Under the pieces are notes generated by a model. It saw only the letters and a list, made by a program, of their open reading frames with translations, was not told where the DNA came from and did no database searches. Below are positions 46,735 through 57,015 of a DNA stretch of 64,000 nt, piece after piece. The position numbers and the translations under genes are program-made. The first letter of the stretch is position 1. Each line of letters opens with the position of its first letter. Origin of the DNA: a virus (taxonomy: Duplodnaviria; Caudoviricetes); IMG/VR virus record IMGVR_UViG_3300027509_000013, positions 68,000-131,999 of that record. The stretch is one strand, 5' to 3'.

Positions 46735-47820
46735 ATGAATGCATTTAAAGATTTTTCAAAAAAGCAATCTGGAAGAAGGATTGAGTATCAAGGTAAGACG
46801 ATTACTGTTGATGGGGAGATTTTATTGCAGAAAGGAGACTGCTACGATGATCTTATTTGTAAGTTAGGAGAAACAATCTCAGCTTTATCAGATGAAGAAT
46901 ACGAAGTAGCATGTCTTAATAGTAATTGTAAGCCAAGTGACTCTACGAAAGTGCAGGGTCCAGAAGCAATAAAGAGCATAATCACCAAGCTATGCAATCT
47001 ACAAAGTGAAGATGTTTGCTATGATGGAGAGTTTTATGCTTTAGGAACTGGGATAAGCGAAAGCGCTACTCCTTTACTTGGTAAAGAATTCAATTGGGAA
47101 TTAGCAACTTCCGGTACCAAAAGCATATTGACATATAGTTCGACTGACGGAATCGGTGGCTTACCGTCAGGATATTCAGTCGGATCAGTTGATCTTAAAG
47201 TAAAGGGATCTGGTTCAAATGGAGTAATGGAGCTCATTAGAGATTCAAGACTAGCAGATGGAACAGTAGATATTCCAATAGATAGGTTTCCTGCGATCGT
47301 AAATATGGACACAAGGGTGATAGGCCCAGAGGGGCAATACTCATTAAGGGCAGTAGCTTATTTGGCTTCTCCTGGCAGTTATGGAGATTGTCCAATATTT
47401 GAGGTACATGATTACACAGCAGGGAAGAAAAAGAAGAAGACAACTCTGACAGAAATATTCGATAAGATTCTAAGCACCTTAGCAGGCGTTCAGAATTACA
47501 TTAATAGCTTAAAGAACTTTGGAGTATCTGGAACAGATTTTTGTAATGGTTTGGGAATAAAAGCATTGTTAGGTCAGTGTATTGCTCAGGCTCAGAGGAA
47601 TCAGGAAAGCATTACTGGATTGAATACAGTGAATATTGATGGTGTAGCAGGATGTGATTTATCTCAGGAGTATACTTTGCAAGAAGCTTTTACAGCAATG
47701 GCTAACAATCTTAATGAGTTAAATCAAAGTCAGCAACAGCAGAATGAAGATATTGACAATGTAGAAGGATTGGCAGGAGAAATAGCTAGTCAAAGTAATA
47801 ATGAAGATAACAGCGTATAA
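46735..47820 (+). CDS. putative fibre protein with coiled coil
   Basis: Repeated helical segments. Confidence 0.7.
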   Translation: MNAFKDFSKKQSGRRIEYQGKTITVDGEILLQKGDCYDDLICKLGETISALSDEEYEVACLNSNCKPSDSTKVQGPEAIKSIITKLCNLQSEDVCYDGEFYALGTGISESATPLLGKEFNWELATSGTKSILTYSSTDGIGGLPSGYSVGSVDLKVKGSGSNGVMELIRDSRLADGTVDIPIDRFPAIVNMDTRVIGPEGQYSLRAVAYLASPGSYGDCPIFEVHDYTAGKKKKKTTLTEIFDKILSTLAGVQNYINSLKNFGVSGTDFCNGLGIKALLGQCIAQAQRNQESITGLNTVNIDGVAGCDLSQEYTLQEAFTAMANNLNELNQSQQQQNEDIDNVEGLAGEIASQSNNEDNSV

Positions 47821-47892
47821 CAAGATGCATTAGATCGTCGTGACTTTCGGGGGCCGTTAAACGCTCTCGGGAGTTTTTTTAAAGAAAGGTAA

Positions 47893-48528
47893 ATGACACA
47901 TAAGTTAATTAAGGATGCAGTAGCGGCAGGAATGAAGGGTAACTTTTCCGAAATGGTTAGGTTACTTTGTTGCATTAAGGATGGCATTGACACCTTAACT
48001 GAAGCTGTTGAGGGAACAAAGCAGTGTGTTGTTCCTCCACCTGTTATTTCATCAACTACAGTAAAGTGTTGTACTCCTACTTGTGAAGCAGTATTTGTAA
48101 CAACAAAGCTGACCACTACCTATGTAATGGTCACAGAAGATCCATGTGTCTTAGATATTGCAGGAACAGTAGAAGAAGTTACAAGGAAAAATGCAGACGG
48201 ATCAGATTTTACAGGTGAAGTAGCAACTTTAAGTAATAATTGTGATTTTGGAAGGGTAGAAATAGAGCCATTACCGGGAACAATTTGTGCTATAGTCGAT
48301 GAGAAGTGTATTACTGGAATAGTAAAATATATCAGAAAGACTTATGAGTGTGGTGGTGGTGCTCCTGTTATAACTGTAGAAGGATTTATGGTGCCAGGAG
48401 CAACTGATTTGGTTGCTGATATAGAAGAAACAGCTTGTCCAACTTATGTTAAGTTAGATAGTCCTTTGTGTTTCCCTGCGCTTCCAGATGATGTTGAGTA
48501 TTTAGAAATTAAAGAATGCCCTAAGTAG
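47893..48528 (+). CDS. Cys-rich structural protein
   Basis: 211-aa ORF. Confidence 0.7.
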   Translation: MTHKLIKDAVAAGMKGNFSEMVRLLCCIKDGIDTLTEAVEGTKQCVVPPPVISSTTVKCCTPTCEAVFVTTKLTTTYVMVTEDPCVLDIAGTVEEVTRKNADGSDFTGEVATLSNNCDFGRVEIEPLPGTICAIVDEKCITGIVKYIRKTYECGGGAPVITVEGFMVPGATDLVADIEETACPTYVKLDSPLCFPALPDDVEYLEIKECPK

Positions 48529-48545
48529 GGTTAAAATAATAAAGT

Positions 48546-51500
48546 ATGTATTGTACTAAATATGCAGAAGTAATAAAAGGCATTCCTACTGGGAATGTTA
48601 TTTGTATTGATTCAGATCCTGCTAGTCCGACATTTGGAGAGAAGGTTGAATGTACAGAGTGTACTGATTGTCCTACAGCTCCAGTCATTGTCCATGACGT
48701 TGAAATGGTATGCAATGAGTATACTGATGTGTATGATGCATATTGCTATGTAATTACAGATGGGGTTAAAGCGGAACCAGTTATAGTACCTACAGAAACT
48801 CCATGTGATCAAAACCCACCAGAAGCAACTTCTAATAGAGTTTGTATTAATGGAGTAATTAATATAGTTACATATCTAATTGCGGAAGGAGAAGAACCAG
48901 TAGAGCTTAGTTCTATTCCTACTGAAGAATTATGTGCTGAGGTAGATGCTGATATCATTATCGATTGTAAGGGTGGAACTGAGACAGTAAAGGTTGATCA
49001 GCGTGTTTCTATTGTTGGTGCTGAGAATATTATTCCAGTTAGAGTAGTAGAAGATTGCGAGCCTACAGTAACAGTAGAAGTAGATTACAAATGTGATACA
49101 GCTCAGGGAATTCAAATAAGATGTGAAAATACTTATACAGATGGAGTTTTAACTTCAACTGTTGAGACGCCTACGACTATCCCATGTGATGATAAGAGTA
49201 TTGATTTTGAGAAAGTAAGAATTTGTGATTTAGTTACAAAGACTATTCATTTACAGATTTGTTCATTTGATCAAGATGGAGTAAAGACATTAGTTGAAGA
49301 TGTAGACACAGGAGAGCCATGTGCTTTAGATAGTGTTGCAGTCGATTATGAATTGATTTGTAATACAGATACCAATGTTTATGATCTTCATACATTCACT
49401 ACTGTAAATGGAGTGGCAGGATTACCTGTTATTACTCCGACGACGACTCCATGTGATGAGCCAAAGCCTGATTTTGAAAAGATTAGATTGTGTGATTCAG
49501 GAACAGGAACTTACCATGTTCAAATTTGCTCTATTGCAGAAGATGGAACTAAGACGATATTAGAAGATATTGATACAGGTCAGTCTTGTGATGGTAGTAC
49601 GCCTCAATTGATTAGAGAATGTATTGGTGGATTCATCAATATCGTTTCTTATGTTTTAGATGAAGCAGGTGGTAGAACGTTAGTCGAAGCTGTTCCTACT
49701 CTCGAGGTATGTGATTTGGGAGAGCCAATAGTAGAAACTGATATAGAATACATTTGTAATACAGACACAAATGTTTACGATCAGCATTTAATAGTTACTA
49801 CTGATGGAGTAGCTGCGGCACCTATCATCACGCCGACTACTACGCCTTGTGATGAAGAAAAGCCAGACTTTGAAACAGTAGAATATTGTGACTTAGGAAC
49901 AGGAACAATACATTCTATTACTTATCAAATATTAGATGGAGTTCAAACTGTATTTTCAGATATTGATACTGGATCTGTATGTTTGGTTGATGATGTTGAA
50001 ATAGATAATGAGTTTGTTTGTAACGAGGATACTAATGTCTATGACATGCATACCATTACAACAGTTAATGGTGTAGCTGGACCGATTGTCATTACGCCTA
50101 CAACAACATCGTGTGATGATCAAACTCCAACGCCTTTAGTGGTAAGAGAATGTAGGGATGATGTTATCAACATAGTTTGTTATTCGGTGGCAGAAGATGG
50201 TACTAAGACGGAAGTGTTAGCCAAACCTACAGATGAATATTGCGAGAAATGTAAAGGAGAACCTAAAGTTTATAAAGGAAAGAAGTATAGATTTGCTTTT
50301 GAAAATTCAAAAACAAGATTTACTAATTCATATAAAGTTGAATTCACTTTAAATAACGGAACAATAAGAGTTGTTGATCTTCCTACTGCGACCAATTGGG
50401 GTACTCAAATGGATGATGTTACTGGTTGGGGTAAAGTTCTTACGGATGCATTCCCTGAGTTATGTGAGGTAACAAGACACTGGGCTGATTGGAAGCAAAG
50501 CCAATTACCTCAAAGTGGTGCGGGATCTATACCTCAGACAGATATGTTAGGATTAAATGAGGTGGATACCTTAGTTGGTCAATATATTCAGTTTGAAGCA
50601 TGTCCAGATCAATTAGACTACTTACCTGTTGGAGCTAGATTTCTTGAAAGGAATGGTTCTCCATGGGAAACTACAGCTATCTATTTACTAAAAGAGGGTG
50701 CAACAGAATATAAGACATTCTGTATTAGTTGTGATGAAGATTGTGCTGAAATTGTAGATAAATGCTTTATTCCTGCAGAAGATTCATTCCCAGTAACTCC
50801 TGAGCCACAATGTACATTCAATACATTCCAAGTATGTGAGTGGGCACCCGACATGGCTGATCCAAACGATCCAAATGTAATAATACCAGGTTCAGTTGTT
50901 ACTCAAAATATATTTTTAAGGTTTGCTTATTGTGGAGCTGAATCTGAGTCAGAAGCTTTTACGTTAGATGCTGATGGTAATGAAACAGAATTTATTCCTG
51001 TTGCTCCAAATTATTTGGCACCATGCGATAGCGGATCTCCAATAATGCCAGATGTAGATTGTCCCTCAGATTGTAATTGGACAAGAAATGATGGAGTAAT
51101 ACATGCAGCTGCTTTAGATAACAATAATTGGACAGGAGCAGGAAATAATTGGGGACTAATAAGACCTCAGTGGGATGCTACTATGGAAATTGAGTTAGCA
51201 GATAGTACAACATTTGTTTTAACTCAGACAGCTAGTTCAAATGCATATGATCAATTAGCACAATGGGAAGCAGCATTTTTAGCTCAAGGGCATTACTGCA
51301 AGGTAGGATTGTATTGTGATAATTGGCGTGGATGTGCTAAGAGTCCTAATCCTAATGCTCCTTCTGGGTTAGATTGGCCAGTAGAGGTTGCTTTTGGTAA
51401 TTATCTATATGTTGAAAGTTGTGATGCAACTAAACTTCCAGTGAAAGCTACGATATTAAAGGCTAGCGGACCTTCTGGTGCCGCTAATGCAGTTGGAGCA

Positions 51501-52121
51501 GTAAATGACAATACTGGTGCTAAGACGATCCCATTCTTGTATTATGAGTGTGTGAGTTGTGATGGAAATTACTATAAAGATTGTGATGGTAATTTAATCG
51601 ATAAGCCATGTTGTGCTTGTGTTGGAGTTTTGCCAGCTAAAGATTTATCTCAAGATATTTTAGATAAACTGTGTGAAATAGCAGAACTACTTACAGTTAA
51701 ACCTGGTTGTGATGAAGTCTGTGAATCTGCTCCTTTCTGTGTGAGAGGTTTTGATTACCAAGATCTTGACACATGGGAAAAAGGTTCTATGGAATGGGAA
51801 ACTCCAACAGGAGTATCTGTAGATCAGCCTATTTCTCAAGATGATGGCGGTAAAGCCTCTTGGTACGCTAATCTTATAGCTAATGTAAATAGTAATGCAG
51901 GTTGGACCATGAGTGTAGTTACAGATGTAAATTCTACAGATCAGGGGCCTAAGCCGGTGTTCCAATTTGTTGGACCTTGTGATTCAGAATTAGTTATTGT
52001 AAGAAATGGCGGAGACACCTTAACACTTACTGTAGATGCTGATGGAGTAATGACGGGTACATTTGAAGATGGCGGTAATAACATTGCTTCTGAGACATTT
52101 GTAAATTGTGGAGGAAAGTAA
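48546..52121 (+). CDS. Cys-rich repeat fibre protein
   Basis: Multiple ~38-aa repeats (ICNTDTNVYD...TPTTTPCD; RICD...DTGEPC). Confidence 0.85.
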   Translation: MYCTKYAEVIKGIPTGNVICIDSDPASPTFGEKVECTECTDCPTAPVIVHDVEMVCNEYTDVYDAYCYVITDGVKAEPVIVPTETPCDQNPPEATSNRVCINGVINIVTYLIAEGEEPVELSSIPTEELCAEVDADIIIDCKGGTETVKVDQRVSIVGAENIIPVRVVEDCEPTVTVEVDYKCDTAQGIQIRCENTYTDGVLTSTVETPTTIPCDDKSIDFEKVRICDLVTKTIHLQICSFDQDGVKTLVEDVDTGEPCALDSVAVDYELICNTDTNVYDLHTFTTVNGVAGLPVITPTTTPCDEPKPDFEKIRLCDSGTGTYHVQICSIAEDGTKTILEDIDTGQSCDGSTPQLIRECIGGFINIVSYVLDEAGGRTLVEAVPTLEVCDLGEPIVETDIEYICNTDTNVYDQHLIVTTDGVAAAPIITPTTTPCDEEKPDFETVEYCDLGTGTIHSITYQILDGVQTVFSDIDTGSVCLVDDVEIDNEFVCNEDTNVYDMHTITTVNGVAGPIVITPTTTSCDDQTPTPLVVRECRDDVINIVCYSVAEDGTKTEVLAKPTDEYCEKCKGEPKVYKGKKYRFAFENSKTRFTNSYKVEFTLNNGTIRVVDLPTATNWGTQMDDVTGWGKVLTDAFPELCEVTRHWADWKQSQLPQSGAGSIPQTDMLGLNEVDTLVGQYIQFEACPDQLDYLPVGARFLERNGSPWETTAIYLLKEGATEYKTFCISCDEDCAEIVDKCFIPAEDSFPVTPEPQCTFNTFQVCEWAPDMADPNDPNVIIPGSVVTQNIFLRFAYCGAESESEAFTLDADGNETEFIPVAPNYLAPCDSGSPIMPDVDCPSDCNWTRNDGVIHAAALDNNNWTGAGNNWGLIRPQWDATMEIELADSTTFVLTQTASSNAYDQLAQWEAAFLAQGHYCKVGLYCDNWRGCAKSPNPNAPSGLDWPVEVAFGNYLYVESCDATKLPVKATILKASGPSGAANAVGAVNDNTGAKTIPFLYYECVSCDGNYYKDCDGNLIDKPCCACVGVLPAKDLSQDILDKLCEIAELLTVKPGCDEVCESAPFCVRGFDYQDLDTWEKGSMEWETPTGVSVDQPISQDDGGKASWYANLIANVNSNAGWTMSVVTDVNSTDQGPKPVFQFVGPCDSELVIVRNGGDTLTLTVDADGVMTGTFEDGGNNIASETFVNCGGK

Positions 52122-52411
52122 TGAGTAGAAAATCTAAAATAACCAATAGTAAAAAAGCTGCTAAAGCTTATATAGAATATCTCTTAACATTGAGTTTTGT
52201 AGATGATGTTTATATAGGCGGCAGTAGAAGTACTGAAACCAAAAAAGAGCCTACTAAAGACTCTGATTGGGATATACAAGTAATTTGTAAAAACAAACCA
52301 AAGAGAATCTTTTATACAAGTCCTAGAAATCTAGGTGTACTTCATGCTGATGTACATTGGAGAACTAAGCAAAGTGCAGAAGCTGTTCATTGGTCTAAAA
52401 TAATAAAATAA
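52121..52411 (+). CDS. minimal nucleotidyltransferase-domain protein
   Basis: YIGGSRS...DSDWDI pol-beta motif. Confidence 0.75.
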   Translation: MSRKSKITNSKKAAKAYIEYLLTLSFVDDVYIGGSRSTETKKEPTKDSDWDIQVICKNKPKRIFYTSPRNLGVLHADVHWRTKQSAEAVHWSKIIK

Positions 52412-53760
52412 TGGCTGGAAGTCAAGCAATATACGATTTACTCTGTAAGCTGTGCGGTAACGATAAAGAGTTACTAGAAAAACTATGTGATGTTTATGAA
52501 ATAGTTAGCGAACTTCCTACAGAGATTCCTCCGTGCCCTCCTTGTCCAGATGCCCCTAAATGTGCATCTAGTACTGTTTGCTATAATGTTCAAGAAAAGA
52601 TATTAGTTAATATAGGTTCTGGAGATTGTGATCCTGCAGATTTAGAATTAGGTGATACTATATGCTCTAATGTCTTTTTAGATGCTAACGGTAATGGTGG
52701 TAGTTTTTCTCTTCCACCAAGTTATAAAGGTGTCACGTATGATGGCAGTCAATTTTGTTGGATACTAGACGCTACTAATTCTGGTGGTAGTGTAATGTAT
52801 CCAGTCACTTATATAGATGTAAATGGGAAACACCATACAACTGAATTATTAGTTTGTTCAGGAGGCACTGATCAATTAACTATACTCTTAGATAATATTA
52901 CAGAGTATAAATGCATGATATGTGATGATGGAGAAGGTCCATCTTTCTTTGATATTGCAACAGGAAAAAAATTAGAAGAGTCTCCTCAAGGAGAATTAAC
53001 TTCTTGCTTTAATCAGATCAATATTCCACCTTGTCCTCAATGTACCGAAGTTATATTCCCAGATCACATACAACTAGAGAGAGTTGAGGGATGTGTAAGC
53101 GGTGTGTCAGCATACAGAGAAGACACAATAACTAATGGAGTAAGAGTAGAAGGTCCAGTAGTTACACAGACTCCTATTACTGGAGATTTTTCACCTTATC
53201 CTTGTTCTTATGTCCCTTGCGATACTGTTACATGTGATATAGAAACTGCTAATTGCTGTTGTTTCAATGATATGAATGTAGATATAACTCAACTTAGTGG
53301 AGGTTATGTTAATCAGTTATTACCTTGTGATTGTGGTAAGTCTGGAGATTTCTCTTTCAAATTTAAGATGTGTAACTTTGTAAATGATGCCTTATTCAGA
53401 ATAGGTGTTACAGATAATTGCGGTTCAACATCTATTTCTGATTTAGATCATGGTTTTTATATTCTGACAAGGGCAAATATATCAATTCCATATTCTTATA
53501 CGTATATAGTAGAGGGTAGCGGAATTGCTTCAGGAACTACTTGGGTGAACTACGAAAGAGTTGGTATTCCTAAGTGTGTGGAATATGAAATAAGAAGAGT
53601 TGGAGCTAACATAGAATACTATGTAGAAGGTGTATTAAAGTACACAAGACCTGACTTAACAGGAGGAGCTACCTTATTCCCATATGCTAATATACATGGT
53701 ACGTGGGCAGTAGATGGTTCTTTTGATTTAACCAATATTAACTTTTGTGAAATAGTATAA
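52411..53760 (+). CDS. Cys-rich fibre/adhesin with a lectin-like C-terminus
   Basis: Concanavalin-like C-terminal strands (YEIRRVG...YYVEG). Confidence 0.7.
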   Translation: MAGSQAIYDLLCKLCGNDKELLEKLCDVYEIVSELPTEIPPCPPCPDAPKCASSTVCYNVQEKILVNIGSGDCDPADLELGDTICSNVFLDANGNGGSFSLPPSYKGVTYDGSQFCWILDATNSGGSVMYPVTYIDVNGKHHTTELLVCSGGTDQLTILLDNITEYKCMICDDGEGPSFFDIATGKKLEESPQGELTSCFNQINIPPCPQCTEVIFPDHIQLERVEGCVSGVSAYREDTITNGVRVEGPVVTQTPITGDFSPYPCSYVPCDTVTCDIETANCCCFNDMNVDITQLSGGYVNQLLPCDCGKSGDFSFKFKMCNFVNDALFRIGVTDNCGSTSISDLDHGFYILTRANISIPYSYTYIVEGSGIASGTTWVNYERVGIPKCVEYEIRRVGANIEYYVEGVLKYTRPDLTGGATLFPYANIHGTWAVDGSFDLTNINFCEIV

Positions 53761-53762
53761 TT

Positions 53763-54026
53763 ATGTGTACAGAATTAGAAATAATAAAATCTCAAGGAGG
53801 ACTTGAAGGATTGTCTAATGAAGACATCAAAACATTAGCTGAAGGATTTATTTTGTCATCTGAGATTGGTGGAGATTCAGATGTAAGAGAAAGATTTGAG
53901 AAAATAAAAAAGGAATATACTGTCAAGCAATTAAAAGCAATAATCAAAGAAGCAGGAATAACTGGTTACAGTCGACTTAGAGAAGATGATTTAATTCAAA
54001 TTGTAATCGACAATAATCTATTGTAG
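53763..54026 (+). CDS. Rho N-terminal/SAP-like domain protein
   Basis: TVKQLKAIIKEAGITGYSRLREDDLI. Confidence 0.75.
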   Translation: MCTELEIIKSQGGLEGLSNEDIKTLAEGFILSSEIGGDSDVRERFEKIKKEYTVKQLKAIIKEAGITGYSRLREDDLIQIVIDNNLL

Positions 54027-54104
54027 CAATTGTAATTTGTATCGTTAATAGATAACCCAAAACGATTAAAACTCGTTATTTAGGTATACATACAATAATA
54101 AACA

Positions 54105-55139
54105 ATGGCTCAAGTAAAAGATATATTCTTCAATAAAGGTGTTCCTAAAGGTACTACCTATCCTTTGACGCAACGTCAAATCGATTCTTGGCCAAAGGGA
54201 ACTCAAGCCGTTTCACCTTATGCAATGACTCACAAGTGGGTACACTTGCAGGCTAAAGATATGCCTTTTGAGCCATTTACAACAAGTCAAGAAGAGTTCT
54301 GGACACAGTTGATAGAAGTAGCTGAAGGAGTTCAGATGGCGAGATCTAGGAGATGGAAGCCATTTGTGAATGTTCCATACATGGAAGACACTCCAACTTC
54401 TGGATGTATAATCAAAGATTATAAAGTTCACCGACCAGATCAGGCAGCCGAGTTAGTGCATGCTGATTGGCCAGATGAAATAGTAAATCATTTGTGTGAA
54501 TTTCTAATTGGCAAAGAAGCTAAGTGGAGAAACATTACAAATGAAGGAAACTATGGCAACTTCACTAATGGACCGGTATTTATAAATCGAGTTATTGGAT
54601 GGGCAATACATCATGTAAGTCCTACTTGTTTTGCTCACAAGTGGTATTATGGAGTACCTAGACCAGAAGAAGTTATAGGTGCTTTTGTTCGTGGAGAGAT
54701 CCATTCTCCAAACGAAGAGCAAAATAAAAAATTAAGAAAAATCATTAAAGGTTCTTGGACAAGAGACATATTGAGAGATCAAAGACTCTTCACTATGTAT
54801 AAGGGGAACACCCCAGGTTCTATAGGATCACCTAAGCATCCAAGTTTCGGAGCGATGCATAGTGCTATGGCAGCTGTTACCCTCATTCTTCCAGTATTTT
54901 TTGACTTGACACCTGAAGAGCTTTATGAAGTTCGTCAGACAACGGTAAACACATCATGGTATAGATTACTTGCAGGAGTCCATTATAGAATGGACAACAT
55001 GTATGGAATCGAACTAGGAGAGAGAGTAGTAGAAAAAGTTCTACCATCTTACTTAGCTAAGTATGGTGCTGATAAGAGAAAAGTACAAAGAATCATTTCA
55101 TCACATAGAAATGTAAACTGGTTACAGTATGCATCTTAA
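54105..55139 (+). CDS. vanadium-dependent haloperoxidase / PAP2-superfamily enzyme
   Basis: KWYYGVPRP, HPSFGAMHS and RLLAGVHYRMD vanadate/phosphate-binding motifs. Confidence 0.85.
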   Translation: MAQVKDIFFNKGVPKGTTYPLTQRQIDSWPKGTQAVSPYAMTHKWVHLQAKDMPFEPFTTSQEEFWTQLIEVAEGVQMARSRRWKPFVNVPYMEDTPTSGCIIKDYKVHRPDQAAELVHADWPDEIVNHLCEFLIGKEAKWRNITNEGNYGNFTNGPVFINRVIGWAIHHVSPTCFAHKWYYGVPRPEEVIGAFVRGEIHSPNEEQNKKLRKIIKGSWTRDILRDQRLFTMYKGNTPGSIGSPKHPSFGAMHSAMAAVTLILPVFFDLTPEELYEVRQTTVNTSWYRLLAGVHYRMDNMYGIELGERVVEKVLPSYLAKYGADKRKVQRIISSHRNVNWLQYAS

Positions 55140-56037
55140 ATTATTTGTTAAAATGAGAATACTTTTTGTATTTATTCTTTTCTTTATTTCTTTACAATCT
55201 TGTAGTAATCCAAGTGGGGAGTCTGGTAAAGAAACAGAAACAGTTATTGATAGCTCTTTTGTACCTCACAGTGGAACGGCTTATATGGATTGTGGGATGA
55301 GCCCATATTTATTATTGGGAGATCAGATGTTTACAGATGCAGATACATATTATGAGTGTTCTGTTCGGTTTATAAAAATTGCAAACGAAAAAGAGCCAGA
55401 AGTAGTAAATGCAAGCTTAATAAATAAAGCAATTGAAAATGCGAACATTCATTTTGAATCTTCTAGAATAAGATTTAAAGTAGAAGAGATCGTTGTTGTT
55501 GAAGATCCAAATGCATTTAGGGAAGGGATATCTATGTATCAAAAGCATGGCAGAACGTATAGTGAAAGAGGATATTTGAATGTCTTCATTTATCCAAGTA
55601 CTATAGGAACATACAGTGCGGCAGCAGGAGGAATTCCAAGTAGGTTTTTTGCTATAAAGGAATATTACTTGGCCACGAGTACTTTTGCTCATGAAGCTGC
55701 GCATTGCTTCGGACTTTATCATATCTTTACAAAAGATGATAGTGGATCTAAAAGTACATTTGCAACAGGTGATCTTATTTGTGATACTCCTTATGCTGAT
55801 TTTTATTCGCAAGGTAATTCCCTCGGATACACAGGTAGAGTTACTGACAATTGCGAATATGTAGGTCCATTAGGGGGATTGACACAAGAAGAGCATAATA
55901 TAAATATTAGGAATATTACTGGATATTCTTTACTAGAATGTAGAAAAGAATTTACAAAAGATCAAATAGATCGAGTTCATTGGATTATAAATAATTCTCA
56001 GGATTTAAAAGAAATGCTTAAAATGGTAGATATATGA
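55129..56037 (+). CDS. M43 (pappalysin/ulilysin-like) zinc metalloprotease, lipoprotein
   Basis: HEAAHCFGLYH and GDLICDTP; lipobox LQSC (true start may be 55153). Confidence 0.85.
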   Translation: MHLKLFVKMRILFVFILFFISLQSCSNPSGESGKETETVIDSSFVPHSGTAYMDCGMSPYLLLGDQMFTDADTYYECSVRFIKIANEKEPEVVNASLINKAIENANIHFESSRIRFKVEEIVVVEDPNAFREGISMYQKHGRTYSERGYLNVFIYPSTIGTYSAAAGGIPSRFFAIKEYYLATSTFAHEAAHCFGLYHIFTKDDSGSKSTFATGDLICDTPYADFYSQGNSLGYTGRVTDNCEYVGPLGGLTQEEHNINIRNITGYSLLECRKEFTKDQIDRVHWIINNSQDLKEMLKMVDI

Positions 56038-56375
56038 AAAATTTAATTGTTTTGTTTTTTGTTTTACTTAATTCAGTTTGCTTTGGGCAAAGTGATTTGT
56101 TTTCAGTCGACGTAACTCCTGAGAACTATCTATACACTGAGTTGAATTCATTGAGTAATGATGCTGAATTAATTATAGACTGTGTAGACTATGATTATAG
56201 AAGTGCTGAGTTTTATGATGGACGAGGGATTCCTCTTGTTTACATTCATGAGTCAGGAGTATTGATTTTCTTAAAGTCAGATAATCCAGATAACTTGCAC
56301 ATCATATATTCAGATATAAACGATCGAGTTTTGACAAAGTTAGATCAATTAAAATACATTTATTATCATGAATAA
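56034..56375 (+). CDS. secreted hypothetical protein
   Basis: Signal-peptide-like N-terminus. Confidence 0.65.
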   Translation: MKNLIVLFFVLLNSVCFGQSDLFSVDVTPENYLYTELNSLSNDAELIIDCVDYDYRSAEFYDGRGIPLVYIHESGVLIFLKSDNPDNLHIIYSDINDRVLTKLDQLKYIYYHE

Positions 56376-57015
56376 GATAATAGCAATACTAATATCAGTA
56401 CTTCTTTTGACATGTTGTCGACACAAGTACGATATTCCTGTTTGTTCTGTTACTGAGGATAGAGTAGCTTTTCAAGATGGATTCGAAGAGTCAGATTCGG
56501 TTATTCTTTCTGGACTTGCAGATGCTTATGGTGCAGATCAGATTTATCTTGTATTTCATACTGATGCCACATACAAAGGCAGAGAGTTTGAGGGTCCAGA
56601 TGAAATAAATCAATTTTTTAAAAATCATTATGGATGGAGAAGTCCTGGTTATATTGAATGGTTAGATCGAGATTGTGAATGGCACCAGTTAAAATCATTT
56701 AATATCGATTGTGTTATTGAGCCATGGGAGATATCTAATGGAGCAAGAGGTTATAATACAATAGCTGTACATTTAGCTTATAGCTCTTCATTAAGAATGT
56801 GGAATACTGGGGATGACACTCGGACGGATTGCATGAAGGATGCTATTGCAGATAGGGTAAAATTATATAAATCGATTTGTCCAAATGTAAAAGTCATAGG
56901 ACATAGGGATTTGTCACCTGATTTAAACGGAGATGGAATAATAACCAGTAATGAGTTTACAAAGACCTGTCCAAATTTTGATGTAGCTAAAGAATATAAA
57001 CACTTGCTTGAATGA
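56368..57015 (+). CDS. N-acetylmuramoyl-L-alanine amidase (endolysin) with a signal/lipoprotein N-terminus
   Basis: VFHT, GARGYN, GHRD and KTCPNF motifs. Confidence 0.88.
   Translation: MNKIIAILISVLLLTCCRHKYDIPVCSVTEDRVAFQDGFEESDSVILSGLADAYGADQIYLVFHTDATYKGREFEGPDEINQFFKNHYGWRSPGYIEWLDRDCEWHQLKSFNIDCVIEPWEISNGARGYNTIAVHLAYSSSLRMWNTGDDTRTDCMKDAIADRVKLYKSICPNVKVIGHRDLSPDLNGDGIITSNEFTKTCPNFDVAKEYKHLLE

Noticed and set aside
35376-51965. Many short minus-strand ORFs opposite the structural genes
   Set aside because: Shadow ORFs antisense to long plus-strand genes.
35126-53760. Diversity-generating retroelement targeting the fibres
   Set aside because: No reverse transcriptase or template/variable repeat pair was seen in the window.
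42585-54075. Shared CGATTAAAA motif in two intergenic gaps as a late promoter
   Set aside because: Only two short AT-rich matches; not distinguishable from chance.
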